A stretch of DNA of 63,236 bases, counting the filler. It is 4 parts of 4 records of this genome, joined end to end, with 100 filler letters (N's around TTAATTAATTAA, not from the genome) between each part and the next. Parts side by side here need not be neighbours in the genome. Positions count along the whole stretch, not along the records: positions 30,354 to 56,900 come from SRR2962707_4257; 3 more parts are not named here. The stretch is one strand, 5' to 3'. The notes under the pieces were generated by a model. It ran no database searches, was not told where the DNA came from, and saw nothing but the letters and a program-made list of their open reading frames with translations. The first letter of the stretch is position 1; the number at the start of each line of letters is the position of its first letter. Positions 42,113-50,917 of this stretch are shown here, one piece after another. A program made the translations under genes and the position numbers.

Positions 42113-43026
42113 TGGTATCGGAAATCGTTGCAGACGTTTTTACCGAAGTGCCCGCGCATTTCCAGGAGACGGAAAAAACCTCGTCCTGGGTTGAGGCCAA
42201 CAAGCCCGGTGCCGTTGTGCCGTCCTTCCTCGAAGGGCCGTCCTTTGACCGCGACGGCAATCTGTGGCTGGTCGATATCCCCTGGGGGCGGATCTTCAGT
42301 GTGTCGCCGGACGGGGCATGGACGTTACGGTCCGAATACGACGGCTGGCCCAACGGTCTTCGCATCCTGCCCGACGGCACGGTGCGGATCGCGGATTACC
42401 GGCGCGGTATAGTCCGGCTCGATCCCGCTGACGGTTCGGTCTCGGACGTCTTTGCGACGCGCCGCAGCGAAGGCTTCATCGGCTGTAACGATCTGTTCTT
42501 CGGCCGTGACGGAACGATGTATTTCACCGATCAGGGACAAACCGGACTGCATGATCCGCGGGGCCGTGTCTACCGGGTGCCGGGCGGCACCAGCCGTCTG
42601 GAATGCCTGATCTCGAACGGGCCAAGTCCCAACGGCCTGGTCACCGATCTGGATGAAGGTGCGCTTTACGTCGCCATGACCCGGTCCGCCGAGGTATGGC
42701 GGGTGCCGTTGTTCGCAGACGGGACCGCCAAGGTCGGCCTTTTCGCGCGTCTGCCTGCGGGCAAAAGCGGGCCGGATGGGATGGCGCTCGACGAGAAGGG
42801 CAATCTCTATGTGTGTCATGCCAGCCGGGGCCGGGTGTACGCCTATGACGTTCATGGCGAAGAGATGCTCAGCGTTGATTGCTCGAAGATCGGCCGTACC
42901 GTGACCAATCTCGCCTTTGGCGGCGATGACAACCGTGATCTCTTCATCACGGTATCCGATGCCGGGGTCGTCGCCCGGGCGCGGATGCCGGTTCCCGGAC
43001 GGCGCATGTTTTCACATCGCGATTGA
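42112..43026 (+). CDS. SMP-30/gluconolactonase family protein
   Basis: LEGPSFD, PNGL, CNDL, PNG, GPDGM.LD..GNLYV, TNLAFGG; start overlaps the permease stop. Confidence 0.9.
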   Translation: MVSEIVADVFTEVPAHFQETEKTSSWVEANKPGAVVPSFLEGPSFDRDGNLWLVDIPWGRIFSVSPDGAWTLRSEYDGWPNGLRILPDGTVRIADYRRGIVRLDPADGSVSDVFATRRSEGFIGCNDLFFGRDGTMYFTDQGQTGLHDPRGRVYRVPGGTSRLECLISNGPSPNGLVTDLDEGALYVAMTRSAEVWRVPLFADGTAKVGLFARLPAGKSGPDGMALDEKGNLYVCHASRGRVYAYDVHGEEMLSVDCSKIGRTVTNLAFGGDDNRDLFITVSDAGVVARARMPVPGRRMFSHRD

Positions 43027-43045
43027 GGGGCGGGCCGGTCCCGTT

Positions 43046-43972
43046 TCAGCCTGAAGCCGTCGTGCGCCGCAAGTTTCTGTAAGCCGCACTGCTTTCTTCC
43101 GCCTCTGCCGTCATCCACCCGACCAGGGCCTGAATGGCCGGATTGTTGCCATCGCGGCGCCGGTACGCGACATGGTACTGACGGTCACCGGTGACAATCA
43201 GATCAAAGGGTGCCACCAGACGTCCCGTGCGCAGGTCTTCAACCAGAAGCTCGGTCTGGCCGAGCGCGAAGCCGGCGCCGTCACGGGCGGCCTGATAGGC
43301 GAGGGAGGAATTCTCAAACAGGGTGCCCCGCGATAGACCGGTGTCTTCAAAACCGGCGGCGTGCAGCCACTGCTTCCAGTGCTCGATATGCAGATCGGAA
43401 TAAAGCGGCCGTGAGGCTCTGAATGCCTGAACCGGATCGGGTCCGAGCTGCTCCAGCAGTGCCGGGCTGGTCACCAGTGTGAACTGCCGGGCGAACAACA
43501 TATGCGACGTCAGCTTCGGTGCATCGCCGTGGCCGATCATGACGGCAACATCGACAGGGTCGCGATCAAAGTTCGGCTCCGACAGCGAGGTGCGGATCTG
43601 CAGGTCGATGTCGGGGGCACGGCTGTGAAAGTGGGCCAGCCGGGGGGCCAGCCACTGAATGGCGAATGTCGGATAGACATGCAGGATCAGCGTTTCACGT
43701 GCATCGTCGGCACTCGCCTGACGGATCGCGGACTCGATATCATCAAAGGCTTTGGACAGGGATTCCATGAGCCGGATACCGCCCCGCGTCGGCCGGATGC
43801 CCTGGGAATGACGGGTCAGCAGCGGCCTGCCGAGCCATGATTCCAACGCTGAAATCTGGCGGCTGATGGCACCGGGTGTGACGTTCAGTTCACGGGCGGC
43901 GGCGCTGAGGCTGCCGGCCCGGACAGCGGCTTCATAGGCTTTGAGGGCTTGGAAACTCGGTAATCGGCGCAT
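43046..43972 (-). CDS. LysR family regulator (GcvA-like)
   Basis: LPSFQALKAYEAA, AARELNVTPGAISRQI..LE, WLAPRL; RBS GGGAGG before ATG 43972. Confidence 0.93.
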   Translation of the reverse strand: MRRLPSFQALKAYEAAVRAGSLSAAARELNVTPGAISRQISALESWLGRPLLTRHSQGIRPTRGGIRLMESLSKAFDDIESAIRQASADDARETLILHVYPTFAIQWLAPRLAHFHSRAPDIDLQIRTSLSEPNFDRDPVDVAVMIGHGDAPKLTSHMLFARQFTLVTSPALLEQLGPDPVQAFRASRPLYSDLHIEHWKQWLHAAGFEDTGLSRGTLFENSSLAYQAARDGAGFALGQTELLVEDLRTGRLVAPFDLIVTGDRQYHVAYRRRDGNNPAIQALVGWMTAEAEESSAAYRNLRRTTASG

Positions 43973-44002
43973 TTGGGCGTCCTCCCGAGGCATGTTTTAG
44001 CA

Positions 44003-44017
44003 TTGATTAAAAATCAA
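44003..44017. promoter_or_regulatory. Putative LysR recognition site (T-N11-A)
   Basis: TTGATTAAAAATCAA palindrome in the divergent promoter region. Confidence 0.5.
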
Positions 44018-44147
44018 AGCGATATTGAGTTTAGTTTTCTGGATTAGCTCATCAAAACTGCTGTAGAGCTTGTTCAGACGAAATTTAGTGCCGATGTCGA
44101 CAGAATAAATTTGAATAAAAGTAACATCGGTGTGGGGGAATGAAACC

Positions 44148-44948
44148 ATGAATACGCAACCCGGTACGTCCGATTTAATTCTGACATCGCTTCAGGACGG
44201 CATCCTGACCATCACCCTCAATCGCCCTGAAAAGCGCAACGCCGTCAATGACCGGATGCGCGCAGACTTGATCGAAGCCTTCGATCAGGCAGCACAGGAT
44301 GCGAACGTAAAGGCGATCATTCTGACCGGTGCGGGCAAGGGATTCTGTTCGGGCGGTGATATCTCGGGGATGCGCGAGCGTCTTGAAGCGCCGTCGGGCG
44401 AGGTCGCGTTCAACGGCTGGCGCCGGCAGAAGAACACGCACAAGGGTGTGGCCGCAATTCACGGTTCACCCAAGCCGGTCATCGCCGCGGTCAACGGTGC
44501 CGCCTTCGGTCTCGGTCTCGATATGGCGCTGGCCTGTGATTTCATCGTCGCCGCGGAAGGCGCAAAATTGTCGATGAGCTTTATCAAGCGCGGGCTCGTT
44601 TCGGACGGGGGCGGGATGTATTTTCTGCCGCGCCGCGTCGGGTTGTCGCGGGCCAAGGAACTGATCTTGTCCGCCCGTGTGGTGGAGGCCGAGGAAGCGC
44701 TCGCGATCGGGCTCGTGGACCGCGTGGCATCCGCAGATACCCTGCTGGATGAAACCCGGGCCTGGGCTGCCGAACTGAGTATCGGCTCGCCGGCGGCCAT
44801 TGCGTTGACGAAATCCATTCTCGACAAAACCTTCGAGAGTTCCGACGAGCAGATTCTCGCCCTGGGCCGGGAAGCACAGGCGATCTGTTACACCACCGCG
44901 GAACACCGCCAGTCCGTTGAGGACTTCCTCAACAAATCCAAGACCTGA
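44148..44948 (+). CDS. Enoyl-CoA hydratase/isomerase family protein (PaaG-like)
   Basis: LNRPEKRNA, FCSGGD, AVNGAAFGLG..MALACD, GLVSDGGG. Confidence 0.9.
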   Translation: MNTQPGTSDLILTSLQDGILTITLNRPEKRNAVNDRMRADLIEAFDQAAQDANVKAIILTGAGKGFCSGGDISGMRERLEAPSGEVAFNGWRRQKNTHKGVAAIHGSPKPVIAAVNGAAFGLGLDMALACDFIVAAEGAKLSMSFIKRGLVSDGGGMYFLPRRVGLSRAKELILSARVVEAEEALAIGLVDRVASADTLLDETRAWAAELSIGSPAAIALTKSILDKTFESSDEQILALGREAQAICYTTAEHRQSVEDFLNKSKT

Positions 44949-44958
44949 GGCCTTCTGA

Positions 44959-47031
44959 ATGCCGGTCGCACAAACCTTCTTCAATCCTGGGAGTGTCGCC
45001 GTTGTCGGCGCATCGTCCGATCCGAAAAAGCTGAATGGCCGGCCGGTGTCTTATCTGCTGAACCACGGCTATCAGGGGCGGATTTATCCGATCAATCCAC
45101 GTTATGACGCCATCGGTGATCTGACTTGTTATCCGGATGCACAGGCGCTGCCGGAGGCCCCGGACCTGGGGCTGGTGCTGGTCGGTGCGGACAGGGTGAT
45201 CGCGGCTGTTCGTGATCTGGCCGAGGCCGGCACGAAAGCGGCAATCGTTCTGGCCAGCGGCTTCGGCGAAACCGGCGAGGCGGGCCGGGTACGTCAACAG
45301 GCGCTGATGGAAGCCGCAGGGCAGATGCGCATTCTGGGGCCGAACACCATCGGCCTCGTCAACCTGACCGACAGGATCATGCTGACCGCCACCGGGGCCA
45401 TGGAAATGGCGGAATTCACCAGTGGCAACATTGCGCTGATTTCCCAGAGCGGCGGCATACTGGGGTCCCTGCTGTCGCGCGCCCAGGCCCGGGGTATCGG
45501 GTTCTCAAAACTGGTGGCGACCGGGAACGAGGCCGATCTCGAAGTCTCGGATTTTCTCGATGCGATGGCGGACGACGATGCGACCCGGGTCGTCGCCCTT
45601 TATCTGGAAACGATCCGCAATGTCGATGCTTTCCGCGACGCCGCCCGGCGCGTGCTGAACGCGGGTAAGAACATTGTCGTCTACAAGGTCGGCCGATCCG
45701 AATCCGGGGCGAATGCCGCGGTGTCGCATACCGGTGCGCTGGCCGGTGCAGCGGAAGTCTATGACGCGTTCTTTGATCAGCTCGGCATCATTCGGGCCGG
45801 GACATTTGCCGATCTTCTGGATTTGCCGGCCGCCATCGCCAGTGGCCGAACCATGCAGGGCAAAAGTGTCGCCATCGTCACGTCGACAGGCGGCGCCGCG
45901 ACCATCGTCGCCGACAACATCGGCCTGACCACGCTTGATCTGCCGGCCCCCGATCCGGCGACGGCGGCAAAACTTAAGGCATTGGATCTGGATGACGCCG
46001 TGCTCGACCGGAACCCGATCGACGTCACGCTGGCCGGTCTGCGGCCGGACCTGTTCCGCGACATCATCCGCATCCTGGCGGAAAGCCCGTCATACGATGC
46101 GATCATTACCATCGTCGGGTCGTCGTCCATCGGCCGCCCCGAAGTCGTCGCCAAGCCGCTGGTGGAAGCCCTTGAGATGACCGAAAAGCCGTTGATGGCC
46201 TATGTCAGTCCCGATGCGCCCGGCATTGTGAAGCACCTGAACAATAGCGGTATTCCGGCGTATGCCGTTCCGGAAAGCTGTGCGCCGGCGTTACTGGCCC
46301 TGCAGGCCCCTGCGGCGGCGGACACGTCTGAGCCGCATCAACGCGTGGTGCGTGACTGCAGCGATGTGCGTGCCGGTACGCTCAACGAAGCGGAAAGCAA
46401 GGAGCTGTTTTCGCGTTATGATCTTCCGGTGCCACGGGCAGAACGCGCGTCGACCCCTGCTGAGGCGGGGCGCCTGGCCAAGTCCTTCGACGGCCCGGTG
46501 GTGGTGAAGATCGTCTCCGAGGGCATCCCCCATAAATCGGAAGTCGGCGGTGTCGCGGTGAATATTTCACCCGACGATGTCGAAGCCTGCTGCACGAACA
46601 TGCAGGACCGGGTTGCAGCAGCGACGTCGGCACGGATCGACGGTTATCTGATCGAGGAATACGTGACCGGTGGGGTCGAGATGATCCTGGGCTTCAATCG
46701 CGACCCGCAACTGGGGCCTTACATTCTACTGGGTGCCGGCGGTGTGACGACGGAGCTTTATCAGGACGTGACCCTGCGCCTGTTGCCGCTCACCCGCGGA
46801 CAGACTTTGGAGATGATCGACGCGCTGACATGCGACGCTCTGCTGAGGGGTTTCCGGGGCCGCCCCAAAGCCGATGTCGCGGCGTTGAGTGACGCCATTC
46901 TGGGGTTTGCCGACATGGCCATGGACCTCGGCGAACGTCTCAAGGAAGCGGAAATCAATCCTGTATTCGTGCTGCCGGAAGGCAACGGCGTGCGATGCGG
47001 GGATGGACTGGTCGTGCTGGAAGGGAAATAG
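44959..47031 (+). CDS. ADP-forming acyl-CoA synthetase (acetate--CoA ligase family, fused alpha/beta)
   Basis: SVAVVGAS, GPNTIG, SQSGG, GNEADL, SHTGALAG phospho-His, NPID, HKSEVGGV, EINP. Confidence 0.92.
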   Translation: MPVAQTFFNPGSVAVVGASSDPKKLNGRPVSYLLNHGYQGRIYPINPRYDAIGDLTCYPDAQALPEAPDLGLVLVGADRVIAAVRDLAEAGTKAAIVLASGFGETGEAGRVRQQALMEAAGQMRILGPNTIGLVNLTDRIMLTATGAMEMAEFTSGNIALISQSGGILGSLLSRAQARGIGFSKLVATGNEADLEVSDFLDAMADDDATRVVALYLETIRNVDAFRDAARRVLNAGKNIVVYKVGRSESGANAAVSHTGALAGAAEVYDAFFDQLGIIRAGTFADLLDLPAAIASGRTMQGKSVAIVTSTGGAATIVADNIGLTTLDLPAPDPATAAKLKALDLDDAVLDRNPIDVTLAGLRPDLFRDIIRILAESPSYDAIITIVGSSSIGRPEVVAKPLVEALEMTEKPLMAYVSPDAPGIVKHLNNSGIPAYAVPESCAPALLALQAPAAADTSEPHQRVVRDCSDVRAGTLNEAESKELFSRYDLPVPRAERASTPAEAGRLAKSFDGPVVVKIVSEGIPHKSEVGGVAVNISPDDVEACCTNMQDRVAAATSARIDGYLIEEYVTGGVEMILGFNRDPQLGPYILLGAGGVTTELYQDVTLRLLPLTRGQTLEMIDALTCDALLRGFRGRPKADVAALSDAILGFADMAMDLGERLKEAEINPVFVLPEGNGVRCGDGLVVLEGK

Positions 47032-47034
47032 GAA

Positions 47035-47358
47035 ATGGCATATGCCGTCGTCATCAAACACCATCCGGGCTGCGATAACCTGCGCGAACGCCTTTGTGAC
47101 GCGCACTATGAGCACCTGGAATCCGCGGGAGACAGGCTGCTCGGGGCCAGCGCCATTCATGGTGACGGCGGCGAGATCATCGGCGACATGATCCTGCTTG
47201 ATGATGTCGACAGGGAAAACGCGGAAGCTTTTGTGCGCCGTGATCCTTATGCCGAAGCGGGATTGATCGAGTCACGGACCGTTTTCGAATGGCCGGCTGG
47301 CGGCGTTCTTGGCGGGGCTATCGAAAGCGGCTTTGAAAAGGCCGGGCTGGACCTCTAA
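47035..47358 (+). CDS. YciI family protein
   Basis: R....AH..HL, G.MI, AEAFVRRDPYAEAGL. Confidence 0.75.
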   Translation: MAYAVVIKHHPGCDNLRERLCDAHYEHLESAGDRLLGASAIHGDGGEIIGDMILLDDVDRENAEAFVRRDPYAEAGLIESRTVFEWPAGGVLGGAIESGFEKAGLDL

Positions 47359-47457
47359 AACTATCCGATCCGTTTCCACGGTCGTGTTTCCCATGGCCGT
47401 TCTCAATGCCGCACATCTGGGCGGCAGTCATGACACTCGATACAGAAGGAACGATCC

Positions 47458-48663
47458 ATGCCCGAGGCTTTCATTTGTGACTATATCCGGACGCCGATCG
47501 GCCGTTTCGGCGGGGCCCTGTCGAGCGTTCGCACCGATGATCTGGGGGCGATTCCGATCCGGGCGCTGATGGACCGCAACCCGAAGGTCGACTGGGCGGC
47601 GACCGATGACGTGTTTTACGGCTGCGCCAACCAGGCCGGTGAAGACAACCGCAACGTGGCCCGCATGGCGCTGCTTTTGGCGGGTCTGCCCGATACCGTG
47701 CCGGGTGTCACGATCAACCGGCTGTGCGGATCGGGCATGGATGCGGTGATCTCGGCGGCGCGGGGGATCAAGGCCGGCGAGATCGAGTTCGCCATTGCCG
47801 GCGGTGTGGAATCCATGTCCCGCGCCCCCTTCGTCATGCCGAAAGCCGAGACGGCTTTTTCACGCAACGCCGAGATTTTTGACACCACCATTGGCTGGCG
47901 CTTCATCAATCCGAAGATGCTTGAGATGTACGGCACGGATTCCATGCCCGAAACTGCCGAGAACGTGGCCGAGGATTTCGGCATCTCCAGAGAAGACCAG
48001 GACAAGTTCGCCTTTGCCTCGCAGCAGAAAGCCAAAAAGGCGCAGGACAGCGGCCGGTTCGCTGACGAGATCGTGGCCGTTGAAATCCCGCAGCGCAAAA
48101 AGCCGCCGTTGATCGTCGATACGGACGAGCACCCCCGTGCGGACACAACCCTTGATCAGCTTGCCGGTCTCCGCGCCCCGTTCCGCAAGGACGGCACCGT
48201 GACGGCGGGCAATGCATCGGGGGTCAATGACGGCGCGGCAGCGCTGATCGTGGCGTCCGAAGCGGCGGTGAAGCGTTTCGGTCTGACCCCCATCGCCCGC
48301 ATTACCGGCGGCGCGACGGCGGGCCTTGCACCGCGCATCATGGGCTTCGGGCCGGCACCGGCGATTGAGAAACTGTGCGCCCGTGAAAAGATCGCGGTAT
48401 CCGACCTGGATGTGCTGGAGGTCAACGAGGCATTCGCCAGCCAGTCACTGGCCAGCGTGCGCGCGCTCGGCATTGCCGACGACGACCCCCGGGTCAATCC
48501 GAACGGCGGTGCCATTGCGCTGGGGCACCCGCTGGGGATGTCAGGCGCACGGATTACCGGCACGGCGGCCCTGGAGCTTGCGAAAACAGGCGGTGATCAC
48601 GCCGCCGCGGCAATGTGCATCGGTGTCGGCCAGGGTATTTCAATCGGTCTGGCCCGGGTTTAG
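47458..48663 (+). CDS. pcaF: 3-oxoadipyl-CoA thiolase (PcaF/PaaJ type)
   Basis: GCANQAGEDNRNVARM, NRLCGSG, DTTIGWRF.N, NEAF, GHPLG, MCIGVGQG. Confidence 0.9.
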   Translation: MPEAFICDYIRTPIGRFGGALSSVRTDDLGAIPIRALMDRNPKVDWAATDDVFYGCANQAGEDNRNVARMALLLAGLPDTVPGVTINRLCGSGMDAVISAARGIKAGEIEFAIAGGVESMSRAPFVMPKAETAFSRNAEIFDTTIGWRFINPKMLEMYGTDSMPETAENVAEDFGISREDQDKFAFASQQKAKKAQDSGRFADEIVAVEIPQRKKPPLIVDTDEHPRADTTLDQLAGLRAPFRKDGTVTAGNASGVNDGAAALIVASEAAVKRFGLTPIARITGGATAGLAPRIMGFGPAPAIEKLCAREKIAVSDLDVLEVNEAFASQSLASVRALGIADDDPRVNPNGGAIALGHPLGMSGARITGTAALELAKTGGDHAAAAMCIGVGQGISIGLARV

Positions 48664-48721
48664 GGTCCTGATCCTGGGCTGACGAAGCCTGACGCCGTTT
48701 CTCGACCGGAAAGCGCATCGC

Positions 48722-49492
48722 GTGTTTGAACAGACCTTCGATCCGATCTTCATTGCTGCCGCCGTCGTCTGCGTCCTCATCACGGGGATTTCGAAAAGCG
48801 GTCTCGGCGGCGGGCTGGGTCAGCTCTCGGTGCCGATCATGGCGGTTTTCATCTCGCCGGTGGCGGCGGCGGCGATCATGCTGCCGATCCTGTGCGCCAT
48901 CGACCTGTTCAACATCTGGGGATACCGGCGGCATTTCGATCGCGGCAACCTGATTTCCCTGGTGCCGGGGGCACTGATCGGGATCGGCATCGGCGCCCTG
49001 ACGTTTCATCATGTCGATGACAACGCCGTGCGCCTGATGCTGGGCGGGTTATCGCTGATTTTCGCCTTTACCTATTTCCTGCAGCAAAGCCCGGTGCAGA
49101 CGGATACCCGCTGGGGCCGCTGGTTCGGGACGTTCTGCGGCGCCCTTTCCGGGTTCACCAGCTTCGTCGCCCACGCCGGCGGCGGCCCGGTGAAGATCTA
49201 TCTGCTGCCGCAACGGCTCGACAAGCGGGTCTTCGTCGGCACCAACGTGTACTTCTTTTTTATCGTCAATCAGGTGAAAATCTGGCCGTACCTGTGGCTT
49301 GGGCAGTTTTCGACGGAAAACATCAGCACCAGTCTGATTCTACTGCCGGTGGTGCCCCTGGGTGTCTGGCTCGGCTGGAAACTGATCAAGGTCATCGACC
49401 CGGAACTGTTCTACAAGATCTGCTACGTTCTTCTGTTCATCGCCGGGATCAAGCTGATCTATGACGGCGCCGTCGGCAGCGGCTGGATCTAG
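48722..49492 (+). CDS. Sulfite exporter TauE/SafE family membrane protein
   Basis: GISKSGLGGG, AAAIMLPIL, GFTSFVAHAGG, N.VK..PY..LG. Confidence 0.88.
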   Translation: MFEQTFDPIFIAAAVVCVLITGISKSGLGGGLGQLSVPIMAVFISPVAAAAIMLPILCAIDLFNIWGYRRHFDRGNLISLVPGALIGIGIGALTFHHVDDNAVRLMLGGLSLIFAFTYFLQQSPVQTDTRWGRWFGTFCGALSGFTSFVAHAGGGPVKIYLLPQRLDKRVFVGTNVYFFFIVNQVKIWPYLWLGQFSTENISTSLILLPVVPLGVWLGWKLIKVIDPELFYKICYVLLFIAGIKLIYDGAVGSGWI

Positions 49493-49882
49493 ACCGATTT
49501 TCTCTTGCTTCACTGTGGCGCCGGCAGGGTGCCAACCGGGCGGCGTATAGGCCGGATATATGCAATTTAAGCACACATATCCTGTCAATTTCCTGTAATT
49601 GTCGTGTCGGACAGATGTCGAAGCTTCTCTTCGAAGGGACGAGGATAACTTCCTTAAAGAACCTCGTTAACGGGTCCATATCTTCGAATCTGACGCCGCG
49701 AAGCGCGGCATAGTATGTTATTCATTAAAACTCATGATAATCTCTGTATACATTAATTTCTATTGCAGATAGTGATTATTTAATAATCCCAAAAAAAAAT
49801 TGTATATTTTTAAGGCAGGCAATTGACCTTTGTTTCAAAAGAAGGTCAACATGGCTGAACTAACCATAAATGGAGAAGCCTC

Positions 49883-50836
49883 ATGAAAATTACTCAAAAA
49901 GCCTTAGTTGGTGCCTTCGCACTGGCAGTGCTTGCAATGGGAACGCCGTCGGCTCAAGCCGCTGAAAAACCGACACAGATTACAATTCTGTCCGGTGCAC
50001 AGGGTGGTTCCTGGTATGGGATGGGCGGTGGCCTGGCCAAAATCTTCATCGACAACGGCGTGAAATCGAGTGCCGAAGTGGGTGGCGGTATTTCCAACCT
50101 GGCCCTGGTCGGCGCCGGCAAAGGGGAAATCGGGTTCTCCATGAGCATCGTGCCGCGAATGGGTGAACTGGGCATGGCGCCGTTCAAATCCAAAGTCTCG
50201 AATGTCAAAGCTATCGCAAAACTGTCCGGCAATATGGTCCACATCGTTGTCTCGGAGCAGAGTGGCGTAAATTCGATCGAGGATCTGAAGGGTAAGAAGT
50301 TTGCAACCCAGCCGGTCGGGAACGTGACGACAGAAGCTTTCAAAGCCGTTCTGGCAGCGAAGGGTCTGTCTGAAGAAGACCTCGATTTGTCACGCGGTGG
50401 CCAGGGTTACGGGGCGAAAGAAATGAAAGACCGCCGTTTGGTCGGTTTCACAGCCACAACCAACCCGCCGAGCCCCGCGTTCGCAGATGTCGCGCAAAGC
50501 CTGGACGTCAAGTTCCTGCCGATTGATGACGAAATGTTCGCGGTGATGAGCAAAGAAAACCCGGGCTTCGTTCGCGCTGAAATCCCCGCCGGTACATATC
50601 GTGGTCAGGATAAGGCGATTACAACTGCAGCAACGGCAATGATCATCGTGGTCAACGAAGCAATGCCGGATGCACAGGTTGAATGGATCACAAAGACATT
50701 GAGCGAGAATGTCGCTTCAATGCGCAAAATCCATAAAGCATGGAGCTCGCTCACGGTCAAAAGCATGGCTGATGTGAGTGGCATTGCGCTGCACCCGGGT
50801 GCGGCAAAATACTATAAATCCGTTGGTGCAATGTAA
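49883..50836 (+). CDS. TAXI family TRAP transporter substrate-binding protein
   Basis: Signal peptide, SGAQGGSWY, SIEDLKGK, IPAGTY, LHPGAAKYY. Confidence 0.92.
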   Translation: MKITQKALVGAFALAVLAMGTPSAQAAEKPTQITILSGAQGGSWYGMGGGLAKIFIDNGVKSSAEVGGGISNLALVGAGKGEIGFSMSIVPRMGELGMAPFKSKVSNVKAIAKLSGNMVHIVVSEQSGVNSIEDLKGKKFATQPVGNVTTEAFKAVLAAKGLSEEDLDLSRGGQGYGAKEMKDRRLVGFTATTNPPSPAFADVAQSLDVKFLPIDDEMFAVMSKENPGFVRAEIPAGTYRGQDKAITTAATAMIIVVNEAMPDAQVEWITKTLSENVASMRKIHKAWSSLTVKSMADVSGIALHPGAAKYYKSVGAM

Positions 50837-50917
50837 TGGGTTATCGCCTGGTTGAAGACCGTTTGCCTACCTTTCCGTTATTAAATCACGCACCAGCAAT
50901 GAGGGAAGTTTAAGACT

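Noticed and set aside
44003-44017. TTGAT..ATCAA as an FNR box
   Set aside because: The spacer is 5 nt rather than 4; it fits a LysR T-N11-A site beside the lysR gene better.
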